From: Firmicutes bacterium HGW-Firmicutes-12
GTDB lineage: Bacteria; Bacillota; Peptococcia; DRI-13; PHAD01
Reading direction: 5' to 3'
Length of the DNA: 56,131 nucleotides
Assembly (NCBI GenBank): GCA_002841595.1
Contig: PHAD01000008.1
Coordinates: 1-56,131 of the forward strand
Below, piece after piece: positions 38,552 through 48,239 of the stretch. A program made the translations under genes and the position numbers. The notes below the pieces were generated by a model. It made no database searches. It saw only the letters and a program-made list of their open reading frames with translations, and was not told the DNA's origin. Position 1 is the stretch's first letter; the number at the start of each line of letters is the position of its first letter.

Positions 38552-39766
38552 ATGAATATTAAAGTAATAGAGGATGGTGGAATTACTTCTCCTCTTGGAT
38601 TTCAAGCTGGGGCAGCTAGGGCTTCCATAAAAAAACCAGAGCGTTATGACCTGGCGGTAGTAGTATCACAGGTACCGGCGGTAGCTGCAGGAGTTTTCAC
38701 TACCAATAAATTCCAGGCGGCACCCGTGCAAGTATCGAGAAGAAACATTATTCACGAAAAGGTTATCGGTTTTGTGGTTAATAGTGGCAGTGCTAATGCC
38801 TGTACAGGTTTGCCGGGATTAACGGATGCAGAAGAAATGATAACTAAGGCTGCAGAGGCAGTTGGGTGTTACGCTGAGGAGATGCTGATTGCTTCAACTG
38901 GTGTTATTGGGGTACCTCTCCCTATGGGGCGAATACTTAAGGGAATAAACGATGCTTGTGCTAATTTATCTATCAAAAATGGAAATATAGCGGCACAAGC
39001 TATTATGACGACTGATACCTTTGCAAAAGAAGGTGCTGTCCAGTTTGACCTCGAAGGAAAAACAATAACCCTAGGTGCTATGGCTAAAGGGTCTGGGATG
39101 ATTCATCCCGATATGGCCACTTTACTGGGTTTTGTAACGACTGATATAGCAATTACGAAGAAATGTTTAAGGGAAGCACTGCTAGAGGCCAATCGTGACT
39201 CCTTTAATATGGTTACAGTTGATAGGGATACAAGTACGAATGATTCATTATTTGTTTTAGCAAATGGGCAGGCAGGCAATCAGCTTATTAGTGAGATAGA
39301 AAGTGTGGGATATAAGAGCTTTCGCGATGCTTTAAGCTATCTTTGCACTGAGATGGCCAAAATGATTGCTCGTGATGGGGAAGGAGCGACAAAGCTCATC
39401 GAGGTACAGGTGCTTGAAGCAAATACAAATGAAGATGCAAGAAAAGCAGCTAGAAGCATAGCCGCCTCCAATCTTGTCAAAGCAGCTATTTTTGGTGAGG
39501 ATGCTAACTGGGGCAGGATTATATGTGCTTTGGGCTACTCTGGGGCAGAGTTCAATCCTGATTTGGTTGACGTATGTATTGGGGATTTGAAGGTTGCTAT
39601 GAACGGTCAGGGTTTGAGTTTCGATGAGGAAGTAGCTAAAGATATATTACGGAATAAAACAATCGTTATTAAAGTAGTATTAAAGCAAGGTCAAGCCAAA
39701 TCCAAGGCTTGGGGTTGTGATTTAACCTACGAATATGTCAAGATAAATGGAGAGTATCGTACGTAG
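38552..39766 (+). CDS. argJ: Bifunctional ornithine acetyltransferase / N-acetylglutamate synthase
   Basis: VNSGSANACTG, the autoprocessing site segment HPDMATLLGF, and C-terminal CDLTYEYVKINGEYRT. Confidence 0.95.
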   Translation: MNIKVIEDGGITSPLGFQAGAARASIKKPERYDLAVVVSQVPAVAAGVFTTNKFQAAPVQVSRRNIIHEKVIGFVVNSGSANACTGLPGLTDAEEMITKAAEAVGCYAEEMLIASTGVIGVPLPMGRILKGINDACANLSIKNGNIAAQAIMTTDTFAKEGAVQFDLEGKTITLGAMAKGSGMIHPDMATLLGFVTTDIAITKKCLREALLEANRDSFNMVTVDRDTSTNDSLFVLANGQAGNQLISEIESVGYKSFRDALSYLCTEMAKMIARDGEGATKLIEVQVLEANTNEDARKAARSIAASNLVKAAIFGEDANWGRIICALGYSGAEFNPDLVDVCIGDLKVAMNGQGLSFDEEVAKDILRNKTIVIKVVLKQGQAKSKAWGCDLTYEYVKINGEYRT

Positions 39767-39776
39767 TGAAGGAGGA

Positions 39777-40640
39777 ATGAATTTGATATCAGCATTAGAG
39801 AAGGCGGGCATTCTAACTGAAGCACTGCCCTACATTCAATCTTTTGCAGGAAAAACTATAGTTATAAAGTATGGCGGCCATGCTATGATTGACCCGGAAC
39901 TGGAAGAGATGGTCTTAAAAGATATTATACTTATGAAGCTAGTAGGAATGAATCCTGTTATTGTCCATGGCGGTGGGCCGGCCATAAATGAATGGTTGGA
40001 TAAAATTAATATTCAGCCAAAGTTTGTTAACGGACTGCGCGTAACAGACTCTGCCACTATGGAAGTGGTTGAAATGGTCTTAGCCGGTAAAATTAACAAG
40101 GGAATAATTAGCCGGATCAATAGTTTTGGTGGTAAGGCGATTGGCCTAAGTGGCAAAGACGGAAGGCTAATTGAGGCTAATAGAAAAAAAGCTACCGAGG
40201 ATTTAGGCTTGGTAGGAGAAGTTATTAAAATTAATCCCGAAATAATTCAAACACTAACCAAAGAAGGATATATCCCGGTGGTTGCCCCTATCGGAGCGGG
40301 GCCCAATGGGGAAACGCTGAATATAAATGCTGATTACGTGGCAGGGGCGCTTGGAGGCGCGCTAAAAGCTCATAAGTTGGTCCTGCTAACAGATGTCGAA
40401 GGCATTTATCTTGGAGATGGTCCCCAGACACTGGTGTCACGTCTGTCTCAAAGAGAGATTAATCAGTTGATCGCTGAAGGGATTATAAAAGGTGGGATGA
40501 TTCCTAAGGTGGAAAGCTGCTTGTCAGCCTTGAAAAAGGGAGTGGAGAACGTACATATTATTGACGGAAGAAAACCGCACTCTCTCTTATTAGAAATATT
40601 TACAAATGAAGGTATAGGCACAATGGTTGTTAAGGAATAG
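39777..40640 (+). CDS. argB: Acetylglutamate kinase
   Basis: LTEALPYIQSFAGKTIVIKYGGHAM... VHGGGP... NINAD motifs. ATG at 39777 after GAAGGAGG. Confidence 0.95.
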   Translation: MNLISALEKAGILTEALPYIQSFAGKTIVIKYGGHAMIDPELEEMVLKDIILMKLVGMNPVIVHGGGPAINEWLDKINIQPKFVNGLRVTDSATMEVVEMVLAGKINKGIISRINSFGGKAIGLSGKDGRLIEANRKKATEDLGLVGEVIKINPEIIQTLTKEGYIPVVAPIGAGPNGETLNINADYVAGALGGALKAHKLVLLTDVEGIYLGDGPQTLVSRLSQREINQLIAEGIIKGGMIPKVESCLSALKKGVENVHIIDGRKPHSLLLEIFTNEGIGTMVVKE

Positions 40641-40664
40641 TAGTGGTACCGAGGAGGATTTTAT

Positions 40665-41755
40665 ATGAATAATGAATCTATAGTGAAAATGGGACATGAT
40701 TATGTTATGAATACTTACTCTCGCCATAATTTTGCGTTGGTAAGGGGCATGGGTAGTTATGTCTGGGATGCGGATGGCAATAAATATTTGGATATGGTAG
40801 CAGGTATTGCAGTTAATAATATTGGACATTGTCACCCCAAAGTAGTAGAGGCATTGCGTGAACAGGCAGGAATGTTCTTGCATTGCTCCAATCTTTACTG
40901 GATTGAACCTCAAGTTAAACTTGCGAAACTATTGGTTGAGAATTCCTTTGCTACAAAAGCATTTTTCTGTAACAGTGGTGCTGAAGCTAATGAGGCTGCG
41001 ATTAAACTAGCTAGAAAATACTCATATAATAAATATGGTCCTGGTCGAGCCGACATCATCTCAGCTGCTAACTCTTTTCATGGTCGTACACTTACAGCGC
41101 TTTCGGCTACAGGTCAAGAAAAATATCAAAAAGGCTTTGCACCTCTTACTCCTGGTTTTAAATATGTACCTTATAATGATTTAATGGCCCTAGAGGAAGC
41201 AGTTGGGAAAAAGACCTGTGCAATTCTCTTAGAACCTTTGCAGGGAGAGGGAGGGGTAAATGTACCAGACCCCGGGTATATGAAAGGGGTACGTGATATC
41301 TGTGATAAGCATGACCTTCTATTAATGCTGGATGAGGTTCAGACGGGCCTTGGGCGGACGGGTAAACTCTTTGCCTATGAGCATTATGGTATTATACCGG
41401 ATCTCATCACCCTGGCTAAGGGACTTGGTGGTGGTGTGCCTATAGGAGCTTGTATCGCCGGCGGAACGAGAAATTAGCAGATCAAGCTGCCGAAAAACAC
41501 GACTACATACAAGCCAAGGTTAAGGATATGCAGAATAAATATTCAGTTATAAGTCATTTCCGGGGGATGGGCCTTTTGATAGGAATTGCTCTTAATATTG
41601 AAGCAAAACCAATTCAGGAGAAATGCCAAGCAAAAGGGCTGCTTATCAACTGTGTGCAGAACAAAGTCTTGCGGATGGTTCCTCCATTAAACATAGCTTA
41701 TGAGGATATTGACAAGGGTTTGGCTATTTTAGAAGAAGTCTTAGCGAGTATATAA
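40665..41755 (+). pseudogene. argD: Acetylornithine aminotransferase, disrupted (internal ~115-120-nt deletion plus frameshift near 41455-41480)
   Basis: ORF 1 (40665-41477) reaches the PLP-lysine region ...TLAKGLGGGVPIGACIAG, then stops. ORF 2 (other frame, to 41755) resumes at ...KLADQAAEK...FRGMGLLIGI...VLRMVPPL. The HG(S/T)TFGGNP block in between is absent. Confidence 0.75.
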
Positions 41756-41832
41756 GCATATAAGTGCAGTAACGGCTAAGATACTATTATAATATTATTA
41801 TTTGAATATAAAGAGACGGGAGTGAGAAAAAG

Positions 41833-42756
41833 ATGAATTTAAAAGGACGCGATTTTATTTCCTTAGCAGACTTTACTAGTGAGGAAATATGGTATCTTTT
41901 GGAATTAGCCCGTGAGTTAAAGGAAAAACAAAAAAATGGCACTCCTCATAAATTGCTTGATAGAAAGACGTTAGCAATGATCTTTCAAAAATCCTCAACG
42001 CGCACCAGAGTATCCTTCGAAGCGGCTATGTATCATCTGGGTGGGCTAGGAATGTTTCTTAGCAAAAATGACTTACAGATAGGTCGTGGCGAACCGATAC
42101 AGGATACGGCAAGGGTTTTAGAGCGCTATTGTGAAGGTATACTCATTAGGACGTACAGCCATCAAGAAGTCATAGATTTAGCGCATTATGCTGATGTACC
42201 TGTGATAAATGGTTTAACGGATGACTATCATCCTACCCAGGCCTTAGCCGATCTACTTACGATATGGGAGCATAAGGGAACACTTGCCGGTATGAAACTT
42301 GCTTATGTCGGAGATGGCAATAATGTTGCACATAGCCTGATATTGGCCGGAGCCCTTACGGATATGGAAGTTGTAGTTGCTTCACCGCAAGGCTACCAAC
42401 CCAATCCCGAGATCGTAGCAAAAGCAAAGTCTTTAGCCAAAGATCCTACGAAAATAAAAGTACTCATTGATCCTCTAGAAGCTGTTTTTGAGGCACAAAT
42501 ACTATACACTGACGTTTGGACCAGCATGGGGCAAGAAGAAGAGATGCAGGAGCGTAAAAAGGTCTTGAGTAAATACCAAATAAACCAGCAAATGCTTAAA
42601 TATGCAGATAAGGAAGCAATAGTTATGCATTGCCTGCCGGCTCATCGTGGTGAAGAAATAACTAATGACGTAATGGAGGGACCACAATCCGTAGTGTTTG
42701 ATGAAGCAGAAAATAGGCTTCATGCTCATAAGGCCATACTGGCAGCACTACTTTAA
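41833..42756 (+). CDS. argF: Ornithine carbamoyltransferase
   Basis: FQKSSTRTRVSFE, DDYHPTQ and HCLPAHRGEE motifs. Confidence 0.96.
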   Translation: MNLKGRDFISLADFTSEEIWYLLELARELKEKQKNGTPHKLLDRKTLAMIFQKSSTRTRVSFEAAMYHLGGLGMFLSKNDLQIGRGEPIQDTARVLERYCEGILIRTYSHQEVIDLAHYADVPVINGLTDDYHPTQALADLLTIWEHKGTLAGMKLAYVGDGNNVAHSLILAGALTDMEVVVASPQGYQPNPEIVAKAKSLAKDPTKIKVLIDPLEAVFEAQILYTDVWTSMGQEEEMQERKKVLSKYQINQQMLKYADKEAIVMHCLPAHRGEEITNDVMEGPQSVVFDEAENRLHAHKAILAALL

Positions 42757-42790
42757 TAAGAGATAGCTTTAGATACAGGAGGGATTTATT

Positions 42791-44005
42791 GTGATAAAAA
42801 TTGACAAAGTTATTCTCGCTTATTCAGGAGGACTTGACACATCCATCATCATTCCATGGTTGAAAGAAAACTATGGTTGTGAAGTTATTGCCATGGCTGC
42901 AGATGTTGGCCAGGGAGAAGATCTAGAGCCCTTAAAGCAAAAAGCTATAAAAACAGGAGCAAGTAAAATATATATTGAAGATGTCAGAGCAGAATTTGTA
43001 ACTGACTACATTTTCCCGACGTTAAAAGCCGGTGCTGTTTATGAGGGTAAATACCTTCTCGGTACCTCTTTTGCCCGTCCTTTAATAGCCCAAAAGCTTG
43101 TCGAAATAGCCAGAAAAGAAGGAGCTCAGGCCATAGCACATGGAGCCACCGGTAAGGGTAATGACCAAGTGCGTTTTGAACTCACGATTAAAGCTTTAGC
43201 CCCAGATTTGAAGATAATAGCTCCTTGGAGAGAATGGGATATAAAGTCACGGGAACAAGCGATTGACTATGCGCAGGAACGGGATATCCCTATTCCTGTA
43301 ACAAAAGCACGGCCTTACAGCATGGACGGTAACATATGGCATCTAAGCCATGAAGGGGCTGATTTAGAAGACCCGGCTAATGAGCCGCCCGATGATGTGC
43401 TGATGGTAATAACTTCGCCTGAGAAGGCACCTGATAAGCCTGAATATGTAGAACTTGAGTTTGTTAAGGGTGTTCCTGTTGCTGTCAATGGTGAAAAGCT
43501 TGATCCGATCAGCTTGATGGAGAAGCTTAATACGATCGCAGCGAGAAACGGGGTAGGTATTGCAGATATTCTCGAAAATCGTTTAGTTGGCATGAAGTCA
43601 AGAGGAGTGTATGAGACACCCGGAGGGACTGTTCTTTATCTTGCTCATCAGGAATTAGAACTTCTTACTCTTGATCGTATAACGTTACATTATAAACAAA
43701 TGATAGCCCTGCGTTATGCTGAGCTGGTTTATGATGGAGTCTGGTTCCATCCCTTAAGAGAAGCAATGGATGCCTTTGTCGATGTAACCCAGCAAACAGT
43801 TACAGGAAAAGTAAAAATGAAGCTTTATAAAGGTAACTGTATGCCCGCAGGCGCTACATCCCCATATTCCTTGTATAATGAAGGGTTTGCCACTTTTGGA
43901 GAGGATGAAGTGTATAACCAAAAGGATGCAGAAGGCTTTATAAATCTTTTTGGCCTCCCGTTAAAGGTCCGTGCACTGATGAAACAAAACTGTGGACTTA
44001 AGTAG
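42791..44005 (+). CDS. argG: Argininosuccinate synthase
   Basis: [13 protein letters not shown]-loop-like motif and [18 protein letters not shown] start after AGGAGGG. Confidence 0.96.
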   Translation: MIKIDKVILAYSGGLDTSIIIPWLKENYGCEVIAMAADVGQGEDLEPLKQKAIKTGASKIYIEDVRAEFVTDYIFPTLKAGAVYEGKYLLGTSFARPLIAQKLVEIARKEGAQAIAHGATGKGNDQVRFELTIKALAPDLKIIAPWREWDIKSREQAIDYAQERDIPIPVTKARPYSMDGNIWHLSHEGADLEDPANEPPDDVLMVITSPEKAPDKPEYVELEFVKGVPVAVNGEKLDPISLMEKLNTIAARNGVGIADILENRLVGMKSRGVYETPGGTVLYLAHQELELLTLDRITLHYKQMIALRYAELVYDGVWFHPLREAMDAFVDVTQQTVTGKVKMKLYKGNCMPAGATSPYSLYNEGFATFGEDEVYNQKDAEGFINLFGLPLKVRALMKQNCGLK

Positions 44006-44047
44006 AAACGGTTTATATAAGTTAAGTATCTAGGAAGGGGGGCAATT

Positions 44048-45442
44048 ATGAAGCTTTGGGGAGGACGCTTTCAGAAAAGTACTAATCAATTAGTAGAAGA
44101 CTTTCATTCTTCAATAAGCTTTGATGGGCGCTTATATCGCCAAGATATTCTAGGCAGCATTGCCCATGCTAGGATGTTAGGAGAAGAGGGTATTATCACT
44201 ATTGAAGAGGCCGCACAGCTTATTATAGGACTTGAGGGAATTCTTAAAGATATTGAAACAGAAAAAATAGAGTTCTCAATGGAAGCAGAAGATATACATA
44301 TGAATATTGAAACTCTACTAATTGAAAGAATCGGGCAAACAGGTAAGAAACTTCATACTGGTAGAAGCCGTAACGATCAGGTAGCTCTTGATACGCGTAT
44401 ATTTGTGAAGGAAGAAATCCAGAAAACGCAATTACTGTTGAAAGACCTTATAAAAACCCTTGTAGATATAGCAGAAGAGAATGCTGAAACGATAATGCCT
44501 GGCTATACACATTTACAGATAGCTCAGCCCATCACGCTAGGGCATCATCTTTTAGCCTATGTTGAGATGTTTAAACGCGATTACGGAAGGCTTGCAGATT
44601 GCTATAAGAGAACCGATATTATGCCCTTAGGAGCAGGAGCATTGGCAGGTACGTCATACCCTCTTAATAGGCAAAGGGTTGCAGATGAATTAGGTTTTGG
44701 TGGTGTATCGAAGAACAGCATGGATAGTGTTTCCGACCGGGATTATATGATTGAATTTCTAGCAGCGGCTTCACTCGTAATGATGCATCTTTCTCGTTTT
44801 TGTGAAGAGATTATTCTTTGGGCTAACCAAGAATTTGCCTTTATTGAACTAGACGACAGCTACAGCACAGGTTCTTCTATTATGCCGCAGAAAAAAAACC
44901 CGGATGTAGCTGAACTCATGCGGGGTAAGACCGGTCGTGTCTATGGCGATCTAATGGCATTGCTTACAGTTATGAAAGGATTACCTTTAACTTATAATAA
45001 GGATATGCAGGAAGACAAAGAAGCTCTTTTTGATGGAGTAGATACAGTGCAAAAATGCCTGTTAGTTTTCACTCCTATGTTAGCTACGATAACATTTAAG
45101 AAAGATAAAATGAGACTTTCTGCCCAAAAGGGGTTCTCTAATGCGACTGACTTAGCTGATTATTTGGTTAGGCAGGGGATGAGTTTTCGGGATGCCCATC
45201 ATGTTGTCGGAAAATTAGTAAGCTATTGTATATCCTGCAGCAAGCTTTTAGAAGAGCTATCCATAGAGGAAATGAGAACGGCTTATGAGGATGGCGAACT
45301 ACAGATACAAGAATATATTAATGAAGATGTCTATGATTCATTAAAACTTGAAACAGTAGTAGCACGTCGTTCAACTATTGGAGGAACTGCCCCGAACCGC
45401 GTAAAAGAAGAGGTTAAACAATCGCGAAATTGGTTAAAGTGA
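44048..45442 (+). CDS. argH: Argininosuccinate lyase
   Basis: MKLWGGRF N-terminus, TGRSRNDQV, and the fumarate-lyase signature [12 protein letters not shown]. Confidence 0.96.
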   Translation: MKLWGGRFQKSTNQLVEDFHSSISFDGRLYRQDILGSIAHARMLGEEGIITIEEAAQLIIGLEGILKDIETEKIEFSMEAEDIHMNIETLLIERIGQTGKKLHTGRSRNDQVALDTRIFVKEEIQKTQLLLKDLIKTLVDIAEENAETIMPGYTHLQIAQPITLGHHLLAYVEMFKRDYGRLADCYKRTDIMPLGAGALAGTSYPLNRQRVADELGFGGVSKNSMDSVSDRDYMIEFLAAASLVMMHLSRFCEEIILWANQEFAFIELDDSYSTGSSIMPQKKNPDVAELMRGKTGRVYGDLMALLTVMKGLPLTYNKDMQEDKEALFDGVDTVQKCLLVFTPMLATITFKKDKMRLSAQKGFSNATDLADYLVRQGMSFRDAHHVVGKLVSYCISCSKLLEELSIEEMRTAYEDGELQIQEYINEDVYDSLKLETVVARRSTIGGTAPNRVKEEVKQSRNWLK

Positions 45443-45571
45443 TTATTGAACTTGCATCTTAAAAATATTCACACACATAGTCAAAAGATACTATGTAAAA
45501 CGTCTGGTTATAGATATAATATTTGTATGGTAAACAAAAACTATTATCAAAATAGAAGGGAGAATTAAATT

Positions 45572-47356
45572 ATGAGGGTTAATAAGGTAAATACTCTTAT
45601 CGTTCTGATTTTCATGGTTCTATTTCTATTTTGCATGACCATCAGTATACCGGCTTCTCTTTCCCCAGTTCAGGCCGAAGACTTCAGTCCTTCGGACGGC
45701 GGAGGATTTGAGCCGGCGTCTTCGGATCCTGGTAGTATGCCAGAGGGTCCCTCGGGTCCTGGCACGATGGGTCCTGGCACGATGGGTCCTGGCACGATGG
45801 GCCCTGGTATGATGGGTCCTGGCATGATGGGTCCTGGCATGATGGGTCCTGGCATGCCAGGAGGTGGGACGCCTCCCCCGAGCGACTCAGGGTGGACTAG
45901 CGATACTAATGGAAATTGGACACCACCTGCAGACTGGACACCTCCGGTTGGCTGGACGCCTCCGGTCGGTTGGCAGCCAGGACAGTCTATCACTGGCGAT
46001 GCCGCTCCGTGGAATCAGACAGGTATGATGGGATCGATGCCAACAATGGGGATGCCCTCTGATATGACTGGATTATTTGGTCCTGGAGGTCCAGCTGTAG
46101 GAGATGTACTGGGAATATCAGGGACTTCCGGTACAGGAAGTATCACTCCTGCTGGTTTGACATCAGGTATATTTGGAGGTGGGGAGGGTTTCTTTAACGG
46201 CGGTATCATGGGAACAAATATTTCTGGAATACCTCCCTCAACGGATTCAGGCTGGATTCAGGGTGCAGACAGCACGTGGATTCCTCCGGTAGATTGGGCG
46301 CCTCCGGCTGATTGGACACCTCCTGCAGGATGGCAGGCTGGACAGCCAATTCCCGAGGATGTCACGCCTTGGAAACAGTTGTCTACTGGTGTATTTGAAG
46401 GAATGACGGGATCCGTGCCAAGCAGCCAGCCTCAGTTTTTACCAGGTACTCTAATAAGATTGCCCTCTGGTATGAATTTGAGCCAGGCTATGACAAACTT
46501 TGATCCAACTGCTTTTGGTGTTACTCTGCCCTCTTTCCTCACACCGGATGATTTTGAAAAAATCATGAAGGGTGAAGCAACTGTTGACAATATGACTCAG
46601 GAAATGCTCAAGGCGCTTAACCCGGGGAAATTCGGACCTATGAAAGATCCATATATCATGTCTAGGACCAGTGGTCTGACCATGGATGAGATGGGGGAAT
46701 TTTTCGTGCAGGCATCGGAAGGGGCGCCGGGCAACGTGTTTATTGTACAGGCAAAAGCTCTGGCTGATGAAGGTAAGTTCGAAGAAGCTTTATCAGTACT
46801 CAATGATCCCACAGCACCCTTCAACCAGTTCCCTGATGCTATGATACATACCTGGAAAGCAGCTATTGCAGCAAGTTCCGGCGTAAACAACGATGCTATT
46901 TTGAATATGGAAAGAGCATTGGCCCTGTCGCCTTATGATGATAAGCTTTACCAGAAGGCAGGTGAGATTTACAAACAGATAGGAGTTGCTGGACCGAAGG
47001 TATTTGTCAATGGCGTAAAACCGGAATTCGATGTCAATCCTTTTATTGACACAGGGAGAACCCTCGTACCTTTCAGAGCTCTGGCCGAGACGATGGGTGC
47101 CGACGTGGGCTGGAATGCAACCACCAAGACTGTAACTGTCATCAAGGGTGAAAAGGAAATTCAAATGGTCATAGGAAATAATACTGCTACTGTTAACGGA
47201 ACCCCGGTCATCCTGGATGTGCCTCCCAAAATTGTGAACGGGCGTACCGTTATCCCGCTAAGGTTCGTTGGGGAGAGTCTTGACGCCGATGTTGGTTATG
47301 ACGGGTCCACCGAGATAATTAAGATCCTGCCTAAGGCAATCCCAGAGGAGAATTAG
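45572..47356 (+). CDS. Secreted repeat-rich protein with C-terminal copper-amine-oxidase-N-like ('stalk') domain
   Basis: Signal peptide ending PVQA/ED. (GPG[TM]M)n run. Two ~46-aa W-x-P-P modules. C-terminal VNGVKPEFDVNPFIDTGRTLVPFRALAE...NGRTVIPLRFVGESLDADV. Confidence 0.8.
   Translation: MRVNKVNTLIVLIFMVLFLFCMTISIPASLSPVQAEDFSPSDGGGFEPASSDPGSMPEGPSGPGTMGPGTMGPGTMGPGMMGPGMMGPGMMGPGMPGGGTPPPSDSGWTSDTNGNWTPPADWTPPVGWTPPVGWQPGQSITGDAAPWNQTGMMGSMPTMGMPSDMTGLFGPGGPAVGDVLGISGTSGTGSITPAGLTSGIFGGGEGFFNGGIMGTNISGIPPSTDSGWIQGADSTWIPPVDWAPPADWTPPAGWQAGQPIPEDVTPWKQLSTGVFEGMTGSVPSSQPQFLPGTLIRLPSGMNLSQAMTNFDPTAFGVTLPSFLTPDDFEKIMKGEATVDNMTQEMLKALNPGKFGPMKDPYIMSRTSGLTMDEMGEFFVQASEGAPGNVFIVQAKALADEGKFEEALSVLNDPTAPFNQFPDAMIHTWKAAIAASSGVNNDAILNMERALALSPYDDKLYQKAGEIYKQIGVAGPKVFVNGVKPEFDVNPFIDTGRTLVPFRALAETMGADVGWNATTKTVTVIKGEKEIQMVIGNNTATVNGTPVILDVPPKIVNGRTVIPLRFVGESLDADVGYDGSTEIIKILPKAIPEEN
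45755..45856 (+). repeat. Coding tandem repeat, 15-nt unit GGTCCTGGCA(C/T)GATG, about 6.7 copies
   Basis: Read directly. It encodes GPGTM x3, then GPGMM x3, then GPGMP. Confidence 0.9.
45881..46378 (+). repeat. Two diverged 138-nt coding modules (45881-46018 and 46241-46378)
   Basis: SDSGWTSDTNGNWTPPADWTPPVGWTPPVGWQPGQSITGDAAPWNQ versus TDSGWIQGADSTWIPPVDWAPPADWTPPAGWQAGQPIPEDVTPWKQ. Confidence 0.85.
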
Positions 47357-47371
47357 GAATGCGTTAACTAT

Positions 47372-47406
47372 AAGGCCACTGCAATGTTTAGCTTTGCAGT
47401 GGCCTT
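47372..47406. terminator. Bidirectional terminator between convergent genes
   Basis: 13-bp perfect stem AAGGCCACTGCAA / TTGCAGTGGCCTT. Confidence 0.75.
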
Positions 47407-47463
47407 ATATAAAGAGCTACTAAAAATACATGCTAGGAGCACTTACGAATTTGTTCTTTATGT

Positions 47464-47832
47464 TTATTTAATCTTATTGTATTCCTTCACCTTACCAAAC
47501 AATTCATAACAGCCCATAGTTATTAGAAAGAAGCCAAAGATTTTCCGCAGAACTTCAGCTTCTAATTTATTGGCTAAAGTAGCCCCAACGGTAGCTCCTA
47601 TCAGTGCCCCGATTGTTAGGTACAAGGCTAGTATAGTATTTATATTTTGCTGTCGGTAGTGAGTGATTACGGCTACGATCGCGGTAGGAATAAATGCAAC
47701 AAGGCAGATACCTTGAGCCGTATGCTGGCCTATATGCATGAAGATAACTAGGGCAGGAACCAACAGAGTGCCGCCACCTATAGCCATACCACTTAAAATA
47801 CCCATAAATAGCCCGATGATATAGATTAGCAT
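47464..47832 (-). CDS. Half-size TSUP (TauE/SafE) family membrane protein, second half
   Basis: 122 aa, 4 TM, GILSGMAIGGGTLLVPAL motif. Its ATG overlaps the upstream stop (TAATG). Confidence 0.8.
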   Translation of the reverse strand: MLIYIIGLFMGILSGMAIGGGTLLVPALVIFMHIGQHTAQGICLVAFIPTAIVAVITHYRQQNINTILALYLTIGALIGATVGATLANKLEAEVLRKIFGFFLITMGCYELFGKVKEYNKIK

Positions 47833-48197
47833 TACAGTAGCATCCTTGTCCCAGCAATAATCATAAAAATCCCAAATATTTGTTTAAGCCTTAAGGCTGA
47901 AATTTTCAACATTACTTTAGCCCCGATATAACCACCAAGCATACCGCCAACAGCAATTTTCAGTGCTAATGCCAAGTCAAGGTGATTGTTTGACTGGTAG
48001 ATGAAAGCACTTATTATAGTTGTTGGCAGTATAATTGCTAGGGAAGTGCCATGGGCAACATGCTGCTTTTGTCCTAGTAAAAAGACCATGGCTGGGATGA
48101 GAATAGTACCTCCTCCTATCCCGATAAGACCATTGATAAGACCGGTGATAACACCAATAGTACCCAGACGGCAGATGTTAATAAATGAGTAGCTCAT
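47832..48197 (-). CDS. Half-size TSUP (TauE/SafE) family membrane protein, first half
   Basis: GLINGLIGIGGGTILIPAM motif, 4 TM. ATG at 48197 follows AAGGAGG. The ORF-track start at 48236 is an upstream extension. Confidence 0.78.
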   Translation of the reverse strand: MSYSFINICRLGTIGVITGLINGLIGIGGGTILIPAMVFLLGQKQHVAHGTSLAIILPTTIISAFIYQSNNHLDLALALKIAVGGMLGGYIGAKVMLKISALRLKQIFGIFMIIAGTRMLL

Positions 48198-48239
48198 GAA
48201 ACTAATAACCTCCTTACTACGGTTATTAGTTTTCACTTT

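Noticed and set aside
41450-41755. The 101-aa ORF as an independent gene.
   Set aside because: It is the C-terminal part of ArgD in a shifted frame. There is no RBS, and its start codon lies inside the upstream argD frame.
45755-45856. The regular 15-nt repeats as a possible CRISPR array or other non-coding array.
   Set aside because: The unit is far too short, there are no spacers, and the repeats are in frame inside a long ORF (GPGxM).
45670-46209. Minus-strand ORFs rich in Pro/Gly (45670-45993 and 46015-46209).
   Set aside because: They are mirror-image artefacts of the GGTCCTGGC-type coding repeats in the plus-strand secreted-protein gene.
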